Shown: positions 35,678 to 48,599 of the stretch, piece by piece
Position numbering within the stretch: the first letter of the stretch is position 1
Layout: each line of letters opens with the position of its first letter
Assembly: GCA_047967505.1 (NCBI GenBank)
Contig: CM106538.1
From: Dipteris shenzhenensis
Taxonomy: Eukaryota
Strand: one strand, 5' to 3'
Length of the DNA: 64,000 nt
Program-made: the position numbers and the translations under genes
The notes under the pieces: model-generated
What the model saw: the letters and a program-made list of their open reading frames with translations, nothing else
Database searches by the model: none
What the model was told of the DNA's origin: nothing

Positions 35678-36869
35678 ATGGCCTCTTTCGACGACCTTCT
35701 GCTGCTTCTCTCACCTCAGCTTCCTTACCTTCCCGATTTGCCAGATATCGCCCATGATCCACACACTTCCTCTCCTTCCACGCTGTCTTCCCCTCCCCCT
35801 CACTTCTTCGAAGCTTCCTCGCCCTCAGACTTCGATCGCCTCCTTCCACAAACTACTGCCGGATCCGTCCCCCAGCTTGGGCCCAGTTCTCTGCATCCTA
35901 CAAATCGGCAGAATTTAGAAATCTGTGGGTTGCCCGGGCTCGGACAACATAGAATTCCCGGTGGTTCCATTGAACTAGAAGGAAGAGGAATCCTGAAACG
36001 AAGAGATCCTTCTCATAGGGAGCGTGTAGTCAAGGAAAGCTTGCGACGCAAAACAATGGCCAAATTGTTCTCGAGGTTGGAGCTACTGCTGCCGCCACAA
36101 GACCTGTACAAGGTATGAAATTCTTCTATTCTTTCGGTACTTGTAAACCAGCTAATTCTGTCAGGTAGGGTGCACAGGAGTATTAGGCACGACAACGCGC
36201 TTGAATGTTTTGATCCCAATCGGAGGTTCAGGCAGACTATAAACTTTTTGTTTTATGGGATGGGAAAAGTTTGACAGGTGCAGCCTCCTAGACGCCACAA
36301 TGACGTACATACGCTCCTTACAGAAATCGGCTGCAGAACTTTCCGAGACAACTAATGCCATGCAATCTTCGAGCACACGCAAGCAAGTTGTCACGATATC
36401 TGACATCGGCAGCTCCCCGACCACAACTAGCACTGATGTGGAGCAGCAAATGCCACTAGTTGTAGTAAAGTCTGTTTTGACAGACGTTTGCATAAGTGCT
36501 GTATGCAACAACAGAGATCCCTTGCTATTTTCATGCTTGCTATCGGTGGTGCAAACACAAGAACTCCAAGTCTTGAACGCAACACGCTCACAGAAAGAGG
36601 AAACGGTCTTATACACCATCCATGCGAAGGTAAAACTATTCGTTGCTATCATCCAGCACGATGCGCTTGTTTGTTCTGATCAAAACCAGATTAGGAAAGG
36701 TGCCCGTTGGAGGAGCTCCAGCTTATAGCATTTTACAATATTTCGACCTAGATGTGCTGTGATACCATCATCCATGGTTGTGGGTTGGGTGCAGATCCCA
36801 GAGACGGTTAAGCTGCGCGAGCAACTCCTCAAGGATCAGCTTTACGATTTGCTAGGTCCAAAGCCCTAG
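35678..36869 (+). CDS. bHLH + ACT-like transcription factor, copy 2; exons 35678-36112, 36270-36629, 36795-36869; 289 aa
   Basis: Same structure as copy 1; the junction reads DLYK|FDRCSLL, matching the usual K-x-D loop/helix-2 pattern. Confidence 0.9.
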
Positions 36870-37259
36870 GGGTTTGGGAGCTGGGTTTGGAGAGAAAGAT
36901 TGCAGTGCAGTCTGCACGGCTTCCTGGCCAAAGAGGCTAAAAAGTGTCTACAGCCTATCCATTGTCTTTCGTCAACAGCAACAGCCTCTGTTACGCCGTG
37001 CTTCAGAGGGCAATCTGAACAAACGGCTTGAATATGGAGCTAGTTTAATACAATGCTTTTCGCAACTCGGGACCACCCGTGAAATTTTTTCCCAACCAAT
37101 CAAATTAACGACCCTGAGTACATTTCCTGGTTTTACACTAAATTACTCAACATCTTAACCTATAATTTGTAAAGACAGGAGAAATCTGAGCCAGTTTTTC
37201 TCAATTTTAACAGTGGCGCAAAATACACAAAAAGGCTGGTACTGCTCGAATATTAATGC

Positions 37260-37334
37260 GACAATGGAGAAGACAAGGAGCACTTTTAATGAGTACGACT
37301 CTCATTATAAGTGCTCCTTGTCTTCTCCATTGTC
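37260..37334. repeat. Near-perfect hairpin, 34-bp arms, 7-nt loop
   Basis: gacaatggagaagacaaggagcacttttaatgag-tacgact-ctcattataagtgctccttgtcttctccattgtc, one mismatch. Confidence 0.92.
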
Positions 37335-39296
37335 CACAAAACACCATTTTTTAAAAGAATACAACTAATTAACCTTGCCTGCCCCCTTGCCCAGTCCCTT
37401 TCAGTCCGCCCCCCTTCCCCTCGCCTTGTCCCCGCGATCCTATTATGGCTTTGAGCTTTATGCCTTGACACGTGAATTCGTGCACCTTCTTTGCTATGTG
37501 CAGTGTTAACATACTTCTGCTTACCCTACTCAACTATTGCAAGGTCAAGGAGTCCTGAATAGAGCTATAGAAAGTTTCTTTCATTTTGGTGGACTCTTGC
37601 AAGCCCTTAACAACAATGTTATCCAAACCTAGAAGCAAAGAAGCTCCTTCCCAATCACCTTTGTCAAGTATAGGTTGTAATGCATCTAAGTCAATGGGCT
37701 ACAGTGCATCTAAGTCACAATTACTAAAATTGTGATCTTAGTCTTAGAGGAGCCTATTCCTGACAATGTGTTGTAATCTAGATAAAATGAAAAAATAGTT
37801 TCATAAGAATCAGTGTTATGCACAATTGAACAAGAACCACCTAGCTGTAAACTTACATCATCACTAACATCCAATTCATTCTCGATTTCTGTGGTCATCG
37901 TGATCTCTTATTGCCCACCCATCTCAGTTGGGACATCAGCTTGTACAAGAAAAACCAAACATCATCAAGCATCCCCGAGATGTACATAAACCGTTCACTA
38001 CCTAAAGTTATTATATATGAATATGAAAACATTCTAAGAGGTAATGAAGTACAATATCTATTTCTTTTCTTTATCACATAAACAATTGAATCAATGATGT
38101 TACTATCTATCAAGAAGAATCAGCCATAATTGACTATAACTCCATGGACAACTTATAAAGTAGAGCTCATTCTAGCATTCTGTGTGATAGAGTAACGCAT
38201 GTATTTATATATGTATATAAGAGTCCTACATAGAAGTATTACGGTGTTTGTTATTTCAACCATCAGGCTAGTTGCTATTAGCCATGTGATTGAACTAAAC
38301 CAGCCTTGTAGTTGCAACCAGCACTATGGGAGTAAATATTCTAGCATTCTATATTTCAACCACAAGGCCAAGTTTCTTAAAAGTATTAGAAGTTTATGAC
38401 AAACTAGGTGGTGTTGTTAAGTTCTTAAAAGTGCGAAAAGGCTACACAAAATGGTTACAACCCTAGAGTGCCTAGAAAGTTCAAAAAAGTTGCTAGAATG
38501 GTACCAAAAAGTACTCAAATGTGCCAAAAATTCCTTTAAAAGTGCTCATTCATACTAAAACGTGCTAAAACATGCTAGAAAGTACTTAAGTGTGCCAAAA
38601 AATATTCGAATAATACCCAAATCTACTAAAAAGTACTTAGGCACTAGGAAACAAGTGCAAAAAAAGAATAATCATTCTAAGAAGTACTCAAACATTGCTT
38701 AATACAAATGTAGAAAAAATGCTTTCAATGATGTCTATCGACACTTCGTGGGCATAGGCACAAAAATCATCAGTATGGTTGGCAGGTGGGAAAGGTGTCG
38801 ATGTGAACGATAAAATTATAGTCGATACGAGTGTCAATATGTATGTCAGTATAGGCATCGGTATATACTGATGCCTATATCAATGTGCATGTTGATGATT
38901 GAGAATGCTTCCACCGATGCATCCACTGTCATTGATACCGACTCTGGATTAGAATTTCATACTGATGTTTTTGCAAAACGTTGTTTCCGAGGGACCCAAA
39001 ATAATTTTTGGCAATAAGTTTGGTCATTTGAAAGATAAAAAATATAAGAGTATGTACACCAAAATTGAGATCAGAACACTCATATATTGATGTTGAACTT
39101 AACATACAAATGCATAAACATAGGAAGCCTCGTCGATGTCAAAACAATCAATAAGTAGCATTTACATCGATGACTTCATCTTGAGCCAAGTCTTGCATGC
39201 TGAAGTCTATCTCAAGGTTTACATACAATTGATCGCATATATCATCATCCCCTATTGTATGTCCTCCATTACAGTGTCATTATCATCACCTTCTTC

Positions 39297-39542
39297 CTCG
39301 GGGGGGTCACTATGTGTAAACCCTCTATATCACGTGCGTTCAAGGCCTATATTTAAAGTCCCTTATCTGTAAAAAATTTCATTAATAAAATGTAACCCTT
39401 TTCTATACAAATCTATAAATTTTTTCCAAAACTATTTTAAATAGTCCCTTATGTATATTTATTTTTGTAAATTTTAGAAATAAAAAAAATCCTTCTGTTG
39501 AACTCACGTGATAGGGTTACATATGATGAGTGACCCCCTGAG
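39297..39542. mobile_element. Intact 246-bp MITE with 8-bp TSD
   Basis: TIRs ctcgggggggtcact and agtgaccccctgag; perfect TSD CCTTCTTC (39289-39296, 39543-39550). Confidence 0.9.
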
Positions 39543-39549
39543 CCTTCTT

Positions 39550-39784
39550 CCTGATCCATATCGTCATCTTCATCCTCTTCCCTAGATCAATCAGCATCAT
39601 TATTTGAATCTTCTGGTAGCATCTCCGTATCCACATTCTAATCTTCAAAAATATGTCTACTTCGAGGAGCAACTTGGACCACATACCACCATCTTCGATC
39701 CAAATGATCCAAATGAAAGACCACCTATGTTGAAGATGCAAAGTAGATGCCAATAATTATAATAATTTATGCTTAAGTATATAC

Positions 39785-39836
<52 letters not shown>

Positions 39837-41190
39837 ATCTACCAATAATTGTATGAAAATGAAGATATTAGCTTTTAATCAATTCATTAGTATTTATCTA
39901 ATCACAATGCTCTAGAGGAACAAAAGTATCACTTTCATTGGTCCAAAGATTGCAGTCCAAAGTTTGGTAGAGTCAATGGCAAAGAAACCACTGATTTCTC
40001 TCTTGACTATAGCATTGGGACCATTGTAGATAGTTCTAAACCATTTGACATCAAGAATGAAAATACTAAATTGGTATCGGAAGAACTTGCTCACCTATCT
40101 TGTACAAACTTAGCCATGACTCCATAATCATATGTGGCTATCCTTGAATCGATGCATTTCACATGAAAATGCCGTCCATGTGACCATAATGCACTGTAAT
40201 TTTTGTACTACACAAAAGAATATGATTAAAATAATGAGGATGCAATTTGCAGCTCATTTGCAGTGACTTTGACCATAAATACCCAAATAGAAAGGTAAGA
40301 AGTTTACATTTGGCATACATCCAATTGCAAGATCTCACTCTTGATTGATTATGTCCTCTCCATCATCTTCAACTTCACGAAGAGCTTCTTGTAGCTAATC
40401 ACGTGACATGTGTCTGGGGGGAGGAGAAAGTTCCATTGGACATAGCACCCTTTGCATGTGCATGACTCTAAATCTTGTCCTCTCATTTATTCATTTTGCT
40501 TTGGCCTCTTCATATCTCTTCACCCATCTATGCATCTCGAGACTATTGAGGCCACCAAACTTATAGAATTTCTCTCTTTGCTCTTCACTCATCTTTCTTA
40601 CAAACCCTTTACCCTAGGGAACCTCCACAACAACACGATCATCGTCCTTGATGTTCCAAGCATGTGGCATATTGGGATTCATGGATGTAAGAAACTTTGT
40701 GGTGTATAATAATGACTCTTGCACTGCAAGCCATCCCTCTTCCATGCTTTCTTTGGGTCTAGCTCTTGGCCTTACAAATCCCTTAAAATTTTTCATAAAT
40801 CGTTCAAGGAAAAACATCCAACAACTATGATAGGCTCCTGCAACCTCATCAACTACGTGGGCAAGCAAATGCATGTAAGTTGCCATAATGCTTGAGGGAA
40901 AGTGTTTCTCAAGAAAGTGCACAATTTAATGGACTCCACCTTACCCCTCTCGAAGCTCAAAATAGAGATCTCTTTCTGTGAGATCCACCTATTCCATGTG
41001 CACCCATAAGATCGAATATTTTCTAACGATCATTTAAAATTGTAAGAAATACAATGACGGTGATATGATAGTAAGCATACCTGACAAAGCCAATGATCTT
41101 GTAAGATAGCTTTTCTAACATCTTCTGATAAGCATCCTCTCACTACTATGATTGGGAGGATAAACTACCCAAGCAACAAAGGAGTTATAA
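39550..41190 (-). pseudogene. Decayed CACTA TnpD (DUF4218/DUF4216-like) from a second family
   Basis: MHLLAHVVDEV...WMFFLERFMKNFKGFVRPRARPKESMEEGW and ILDVKWF...SGFFAIDSTKLW. Confidence 0.82.
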
Positions 41191-41294
41191 CAATGTATCA
41201 CAATCATATAAGTTACACGAAAGCATCACAATCTTAGTTCTACTAAGCATTCAAGCTAACATATACAATACCAATAAGACCACCTTGTGCCAAT

Positions 41295-41742
41295 CCCAAG
41301 GGATTCACTCTTCATGAAAGAGGGATGTCACCTGCGTGCATGAACTTCAAGAAAACCCCCTATTTAAGATCCATGTAGGATGATAAAACACCCCTATTTA
41401 AGCTTATAAGATACCACCAAAATTCTATTATGTCCCCCCTTTCCTTAAATCTATGTTCTTTCTCAAGCATTTATATCACACAATAAGCAAATTTAGATTA
41501 CTTTCCCTATGACAATTTAAAACCATACACAAAACCAAACTTGTTTGGACTAGTCACCCAAGGTAGCCTATACTATGTCCCCCCCTCTTAAATATGGCAT
41601 GGCCCCCCTCACTTAAATTCAATATTGGGAAAAAATAAAAGGCCCCCCACCCCTAATGTATAAGCTTATGCCTCATTAAAAAAAAACCCCCCTATCCTAC
41701 ACTCACGTGATATCATAAGTTTCCTCTTGTGAATCCCCTGGG
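41295..41742. mobile_element. 448-bp MITE with 8-bp TSD
   Basis: TIRs cccaagggattcac and gtgaatcccctggg (1 mismatch); perfect TSD GTGCCAAT (41287-41294, 41743-41750). Confidence 0.85.
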
Positions 41743-41769
41743 GTGCCAATCATGTGAGGCCACTAAGAA

Positions 41770-43320
41770 GTGCATCTAATATCACAATTATTTAACGTGT
41801 CTAATAGTGCATTTACATTGTCCTTTACACGCATATTTAGACACGTTTATAAATGTGTAGCAGAGAATATAGAGAGTAAAATTTTGTTGCATGTTGATAA
41901 ATGTGCATCACACATTGTGATGATTACCAAAGCACATAATTGTAATGAAAATATCAATGCTTTTTAGTAAACCCACATATAGAAAAATTAAGTGAGGTGA
42001 GGAGAATGAGACAATATGTAAAATAGTATTACCAATATCAATGGTGGGCTATGGTTTGATCTCATCCTCAAGATCAACCCTTGCCAAACTATCTACTTCA
42101 AAATCTAAACCAATGTTGAGATCTAGAAATACATTCAGCCCACTTCTACTTGTGCTACTCATGTGCTCATCGAAATCAACATCACCAATCGTCCTCATGG
42201 GTAATAGTTGAAATATCTATATCTCCTATCTCATGATCATCCTCCTCTCTCGTATCACGATCATCATCACCTCCATGGCCATGATCATCCTCCATACACT
42301 CCATATTAGTAAATGTACTATACATTAATTTGGAACATGGCGTAATAGGTATGACATGCCACCACCTATTATTATCCACCCTTGGTTGATAGACAACCTA
42401 ATTCAAACACAAATACAATCATTTTATTTTCCTTGCATTGAAGGTAACAAATATTTAAAAGTAAGTATGTTTAGATATGTGTACAGTACCTGTTCACATT
42501 GTTGCAGTAGTACTAGTGTGTCCTTCTTGCTTTGCCAAAACTTTGTGGAGTCAATAGTTACAAAGCCACTTGCATGGCGTCTGATTGTTGCATTAGGGCC
42601 TCTTTCCACCACATCCTTAAACCATTAAAAATACACAAAGAAGTGTCGAAAGTCAAGTTTAATAATATCTTGGATTATGCCACAATAAGCCATTCGCTCC
42701 CTCAAAGCTAGCAATGATGCCGTAATCTTCTGTATTTCTCTGATCATCAATCCGTTGTGTCCAAAAATGCTTGCCCTCACACCATATAGCATTGAACATA
42801 GTACATTACACAAAGACAAACTCAATTGAATAAGCAATCTAAATTGTTGAAAGCTCCTAACTTATGCATAACATTCTATATACCGACCTTTTGCATGCAT
42901 CCTCTAGCATTCTCCCATTCTTTCATTGTGATATGCATCCCCTCGTCTCTCCCTACTCTTTCCATTTTGTTAAGTAGCCAATCCACATGAATATCCTTTA
43001 GAAGTGCTCTTAGATACTGAGGATATGGCACAGAGATCCGTGGTGTGTACGAAAGAGGGGGCCTTTCTCCTTGTCTTCAGAGCCTTTGCATCCTTGTATC
43101 TTGTCACCTATCTTTTCATCACATCACTATTAAGCATGCAATAGAGGTTGATATTATTAAGCAACTCCGTATCCATTACTTTGCTCTGTCCTTTCCCTTG
43201 AGGCACAATAGAGGTCATCCTTAGGTCTTCGTCATCTTTCCATAGTCGTGGGAGAGAGATATCCACATCGACAAGAAAATTAATAGTGTGAGTGATGGTA
43301 AGATAAGTGATAAGATACGA
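41770..43320 (-). mobile_element. CACAA-family TnpD C-terminal fragment
   Basis: Homologous to 14700-15620; YCGIIQDIIKLDFRHF and ASGFVTID motifs. Confidence 0.8.
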
Positions 43321-44767
43321 GGATGCAATGGCAAGAAGATAGGGAGAAAGGGCCCTTTTTTGTACACACCACGGAATCTCATGTGCCATACCCTCAGCTT
43401 CCAAGAGCACTTCCAAAGGATATTCATGTGGATTGGCTACTTAACAAAATGGAGACAGCAGAGAGAGATGAGGGGATGCATATCACAATGGAAGAATGGG
43501 AGTATGCTAGACGATGCATGAGCAAGGTCGATATATAGAATGTTATGCATAAGTTAGGAGCTTTCAACAATTATTGATTTTGTGATCTGTGGTGTAGTGT
43601 ACTAAGTTTAATGCTATATGGTGTGAGGGTAAGCATTTTTGGACACAATGGATTGATGATAAGAGAAACATACAAGATTGTGGTGCTCGATGCTAGCTTT
43701 GAGGGAGCCAATGGAGCCATGGATGATTATTGTGGCATAATCCAATCAGTTATTATTAAGCTTGACTTTCGACGCTTCTTTGTGTATGTTTTGGATATCA
43801 AGTGGTCTAAGGACGTGGTGGAAAGAGGCACTAATGCAACAATCAGACGCCATGCAAGTGGCTTTGTAACTATTGACTCCATAAAGTTTTGGCAAAGCAA
43901 GAAGGACACACTAGTACTACCACAACAATGTGAACAGGTACTGTACACATATATAAAAATACTCACTTTTAAATATTTGATACCTTTGATGCAAGGAAAA
44001 TAACATGATTGTATTTGTGTTTGAATTAGGTTCTCTATCAAAACCAATGGTGGATAATAGGTGACATGTTATACCTATTACACCATGTTCCAAATTGATG
44101 TATAGTACATTTACTAATATGGAGCATATGGAGGATGATCATGGCCATGGAGGTGATGATGATCATGATATGAGAGAGGAGGATGTTCATGAGATAGGAG
44201 ATACAGATATTCAAAACATTACCCACGAGGACGAGCCTGCCATTAGTGATGCTGATTTCGATGAGGACATGAGTAGCACAAGTAGTAGTGGGCTGTTCAA
44301 TGTATTTCTAGATCTCAACATTGCAGGTTTGTATTTTGAAGTAAATAGTTTGGCAAGGGTTGATCTCATTGCGGATGAGATCAATAGCCCACCATTGATA
44401 TTGGCAAAACTATTTTACATATTGTCTCATTCTCCTCACCTCACTTAATTTTTGTATATGTGGATTTGCCAAAAAGCATTGATATTCTTATTACAATTAT
44501 GTGCTTTGGTAATCATGGGCAATGTTTGGAACGCAGTGATGCACATTTATTAGCTTGCAGCAAAATATTACTCTCTGTATTCTCTATTGTGCATTTATAA
44601 AGGCGTCTAAATCTGCATCCTAAAGATAGTGCAGACGTGCTATTAGACGCATTAATAACCGCACTCATAGACGCGCTCGTATTTTCACTATTCTATATGT
44701 GCCTTTAGATGCGCCTGCTATTTTGCACATCTATCGGGAGCGTCTATATTTGCTTTGTCTTGTTGTG
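43320..44767 (+). mobile_element. CACAA-family TnpD C-terminal fragment in opposite orientation, with terminal TIR
   Basis: DYCGIIQSVIIKLDFRRFFVYVLDIKW; ends tgctttgtcttgttgtg at 44767. Confidence 0.82.
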
Positions 44768-44843
44768 TTTGCACCCATCAAAAAAAAATTTTGTGTAATA
44801 AAGGTCGATATTTTTGTCGAAAAACGGCCTGTGCCTTGTAGTG
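44768..44843. mobile_element. Probable terminus of a canonical CACTA element
   Basis: Ends tgtgccttgtagtg (reverse complement CACTACAAGGCACA), with gtcga motifs like those at 38730-38940. Confidence 0.45.
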
Positions 44844-45489
44844 TCCTGAGCCACGAAAAGAGCTCTTCCTATCAGTATTTTTCTCATAACTTTCTACTTG
44901 ATGCTCTGATCTTGATGGAGTCTTGATGAAACTTATATTAGCGAGAAGCTCTATTCAAGGAACATCTTCTTATGTTTTTCAACTTTGGTATCAGATGTCA
45001 GAACAAAAAGCTATGTCTCTTTGTGTGTGACTTTCTTTTTTAGACAATTTTTACCCTTTTTCAATAAAATGCCCATAACTTTTCAATCGCTTTTTCCTTT
45101 CTTATGAAAATTATGTTAGAGTGAAACCCATTACAAGCTGCATCTTTACATGTGTTTGAATCTTTGATATCATGTGTCTAATCAAAGTTATAGGCCTCTG
45201 TGTCTGATGACAATTTGCATAGTGTTTTGAGCTACTTGTAAAGGTGTCTATGAAGTAGGTGCAATGTTTCCCCAAAACGTACCCATCTGACCCAATCAGT
45301 GCCTTCAGACTCCTTGATATATATCACTTTTTGTTATATTGAGCCGCAAGATCTTCTTTCAACAATGTATCACTCTCTCTTTGGCGCAGACCCCGGCTTG
45401 GGGAGATTATGGCCTCTGCTAATTCTTTTCTTCTCCCTATGCTAAAGTACAACATCACTTGGGATGTTATCATCTTAATTCTCACCTAA

Positions 45490-45773
45490 GGGAGGAAAGT
45501 GTGGTGTGGTCTCTTGGCATAAAAGCTTCTATTTAATTTTCCTTTGCCACCAATAAAGATCCTTGTCACTAAGTCTGAAAGAAGTAGGAAGCTAAGAAGT
45601 GCGTGAAGTATTATTACCCCCAACTTCACGTCACAATTGCACTGCCTCCCTTCTCCAAACCTCGCATATGACTTGCCATTACTTTGCCACCTTTGCCTCA
45701 AGCTCACAAGCTCACAACTCAACTTAACTTGCTAAGGATTCCTCTATGTTTTCACTTCGTAGTTGTCGCTTGT

Positions 45774-45805
<32 letters not shown>

Positions 45806-46435
45806 CTTGTTATTTATTTACTTGTACCAGGTTGTGCTCCTTTATCTTGTGGCACCAACTTTGGTCAACTCTTATGTAGCCTCTTATGGCTAGGGTCATT
45901 GCTTGGATACGTATATATATATATATATATATATATTCATCTCTTGACTTTTTGAAAATTTTCTAGATATTACTTTGTAAGCTTCTTTATCAAATTTTGT
46001 AATGCCTTGTTTTCCTCTATTTTCTAATCTATCTTTTATCTCTAACCAATTTTTTCTAGAACCTTTACTATGCATAATATATATTTAAGACCTTTATAGT
46101 TTTAAGGATTTTAATGCTTGTGCTATATGATTTCGATGCCTTTTTTCATGGTCCTTAATGTTTAATTAATTTATTCCTTAAATTTTTTTCATTCCTCTAT
46201 TTAGTCCTCCTAAAGTTTTAGAAACTTGACTATTCTTTGGTCCTCCTTAATTTTTAGGTTCTCTCTAACCCTTATGTGTTTTCTCTCCCTCTTTCTATTT
46301 TCTATTTTTTCCTCTCTGTCCCTTTATATCTTCTTTGAAATCTCTTCATCTTTAATCACTTTATCCCTCTCTCTCCCTATATTCACCTTATTTAACACTT
46401 TTTTCTTTTTAAAAGTGAGCACGTGGATGACCCCC
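45490..46435. mobile_element. Possible non-autonomous Mutator-like element
   Basis: 9-bp direct repeat ctcacctaa at 45481-45489 and 46436-46444, with GGG...CCC ends; no convincing long TIR. Confidence 0.35.
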
Positions 46436-46578
46436 CTCACCTAACAGTATTTTCTTTATTTTCTTGTAGTTCCATATAAGTTTTCTTGTAATGGCCTTGT
46501 TACCCCTACACACACAATCACCCTCAACCCTCAACCCTCAAACATTTTATACTAACTCTATCCTTTGCCCAACCCAAC

Positions 46579-46637
<59 letters not shown>

Positions 46638-46644
46638 GCACGTG

Positions 46645-47870
46645 CACAACAAGACAAAGCACCCATAGACATGCACATAGATGCATTTCCTTAACTAAAT
46701 AAAACTTACGGGTGTGTCTGTTTATGGGTCTATAGGCTCGCGTCTATAGGCATGTCTATATAACAAATAGGCACGCCTATAGACATGCTTTTGGATGCTC
46801 TCTAGAAATTTTTAAAAAATAGAAAGACACATACATAGACATGCTTATAGATGCTCTATAGAATCTTTTTTTTTAATAAAAGCAGAATTTTGTGTGGTTG
46901 AACAAAATGTTGTGTATGCTACGTGGTTACAAGAATCCCATTTTCACATTGTGCAATTCAATTCTTATAGCCAACGGCATTTTAATTAGCACAATTCCAA
47001 CCACATCTATAGCAGATGATTACAATTCCGAATAAAACATTACAACTCCAAAACATTTAGTTCACAAGGCATTCATTGATAGAATGTTGGACAAGGAAAT
47101 TGAAAGCCAAAAAAATGAAAGGAGTGTATATTAATTCATAGCCCAAAAAGTGATTGTATGTACATATAGCACGAAGCCTAGTCACATCCTGTGGTTTCAA
47201 GTATTAAAAATAAGAGGAGTGTATATACATGAGAGGCATATTGAAGCCAATCCAATGCCTTCAAGTACAAAAAACACTAGCTAGCACTACTTCTACGACT
47301 AATCTAAGTTCTCTGCATCCTCGCTCCCTTCTTTGCTCCCTTCTTTGCTCCCTTCTTCCTCATCTTCTTCCTCCTGATCAGCCCTAGGCCCTATAAATGA
47401 GGGATAACATGTATCAATGTATGAAAGTCAAATCTTTATTTACAACATTGACATTATTTAATTACTTTTAAATACCTGGGGGGCGCTCCAGTAGCTCACA
47501 TATACTGCTCCTCAGTAATCAACCCATCATCATAGAAGTGCCTCCATGTATCTCCTCTGTGATGGTGGTGGTGGTAGGATGTCTCAACAGGAGTTGGGTA
47601 CCTACCCACGATATCAAGCTGGAAGATGACACAATTTGCAGAGGGGTTATATAACTCCCAAAAGATGGCATCCCGAAGATCAAGTGAGGCTGAAGAGCTT
47701 CCTAGCCAGATGATTAATTGAAGAAAAGAAAAGAAGAAGATTACCATCGAGCATGCCCTCTTTCCATCATGCAAAAGAAAAAATAGAGTGACAGCCTGAC
47801 ATTGAGTAAGCATTTGCAGACTCCTACATTCTTTGAATTAGAGTGACATAAGTTTGTATCTACTTACTCA
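46645..47870 (-). mobile_element. CACAA-family right arm, inverted
   Basis: Starts cacaacaagacaaagcacc; reverse-complement similarity to 30430-31501. Confidence 0.82.
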
Positions 47871-47899
47871 ATGTCAGGCTGTTGAAGCTTCATGTGGGG

Positions 47900-48550
47900 A
47901 AAAAGAGAGAAGGAAAGAGAGAAGAAAAGAGAGGAGAAGAGAAGAGAAAAAAGAGAGAAAAAGAGAGGAGAAAAAGGAGAAAAGAGAGGAGAAAAAAGAG
48001 AGAAAAAGAGAGGAGATAAGAGAGAAAAAGAGAAAAAGTGAGGATAAAAGAGAGAAAAAGAGAAGGAAAGAGAGGAGAAAAGAGAGGAAAATTGAGGAAA
48101 AGAGAGGAGAAAAAAGGGAGAAAAAGAGGAGATAAGAGAGAAAAAGAGAGGAAAAGACAAAAAGAGAGGATAAAAGAGAAAGAAAAAGAGATAAAAAGTG
48201 AGGATAAAAGAGAGAAAAAGAGAGAAGGAAAGAGAGGAGAAAAAAGAGAGAAAAAGAGAGCAGATAAGAGAGAAAAAGAGAGGAGAAAAGAGAGGAAAAG
48301 AGACGAAAAGAGAGGATAAAAGAGAGAGGGAAAAAGAGAGAAAAAGTGACGATAAAAGAGAGAAAAAGAGAGAAGGAAAGAGAGAAGAAAAGAGAGGAGA
48401 AAAAAGAGAGAAAAAGAGAGGAGATAAGAGACAAAAAGAGAGAAAGAAAGAGAGAATAAAAGAGAGAAGGAAAAAGAGAGAAAGAAAGTGAGGATAAAAG
48501 AGAGAAAAAGAGAGAAGGAAAGAGATGAGAAAAGAGAGGAAAAGAGAGGA
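47900..48550. repeat. GA-rich degenerate minisatellite
   Basis: aaaagagagg/agaaaaagag motifs with larger repeated blocks. Confidence 0.85.
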
Positions 48551-48599
48551 AATTGCTAACAACTATAGAGATTGATTTATTCACTACAAAGAGCAACCA

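Larger units (their letters stand above)
30775..37172 (+). repeat. Segmental duplication copy 2 (probable donor)
   Basis: Matches 15621-22019. Its left flank continues as normal element sequence (compare the region near 49340). Contains a second right TIR ending at 31501 followed by AAA. Confidence 0.97.

Noticed and set aside
38380-38720. aaagtgct-like degenerate repeats
   Set aside because: No consistent period or boundaries could be defined.
47854-48596. Long Phe/Ser/Leu and Lys/Arg/Glu ORFs
   Set aside because: Translations of a GA-rich minisatellite.
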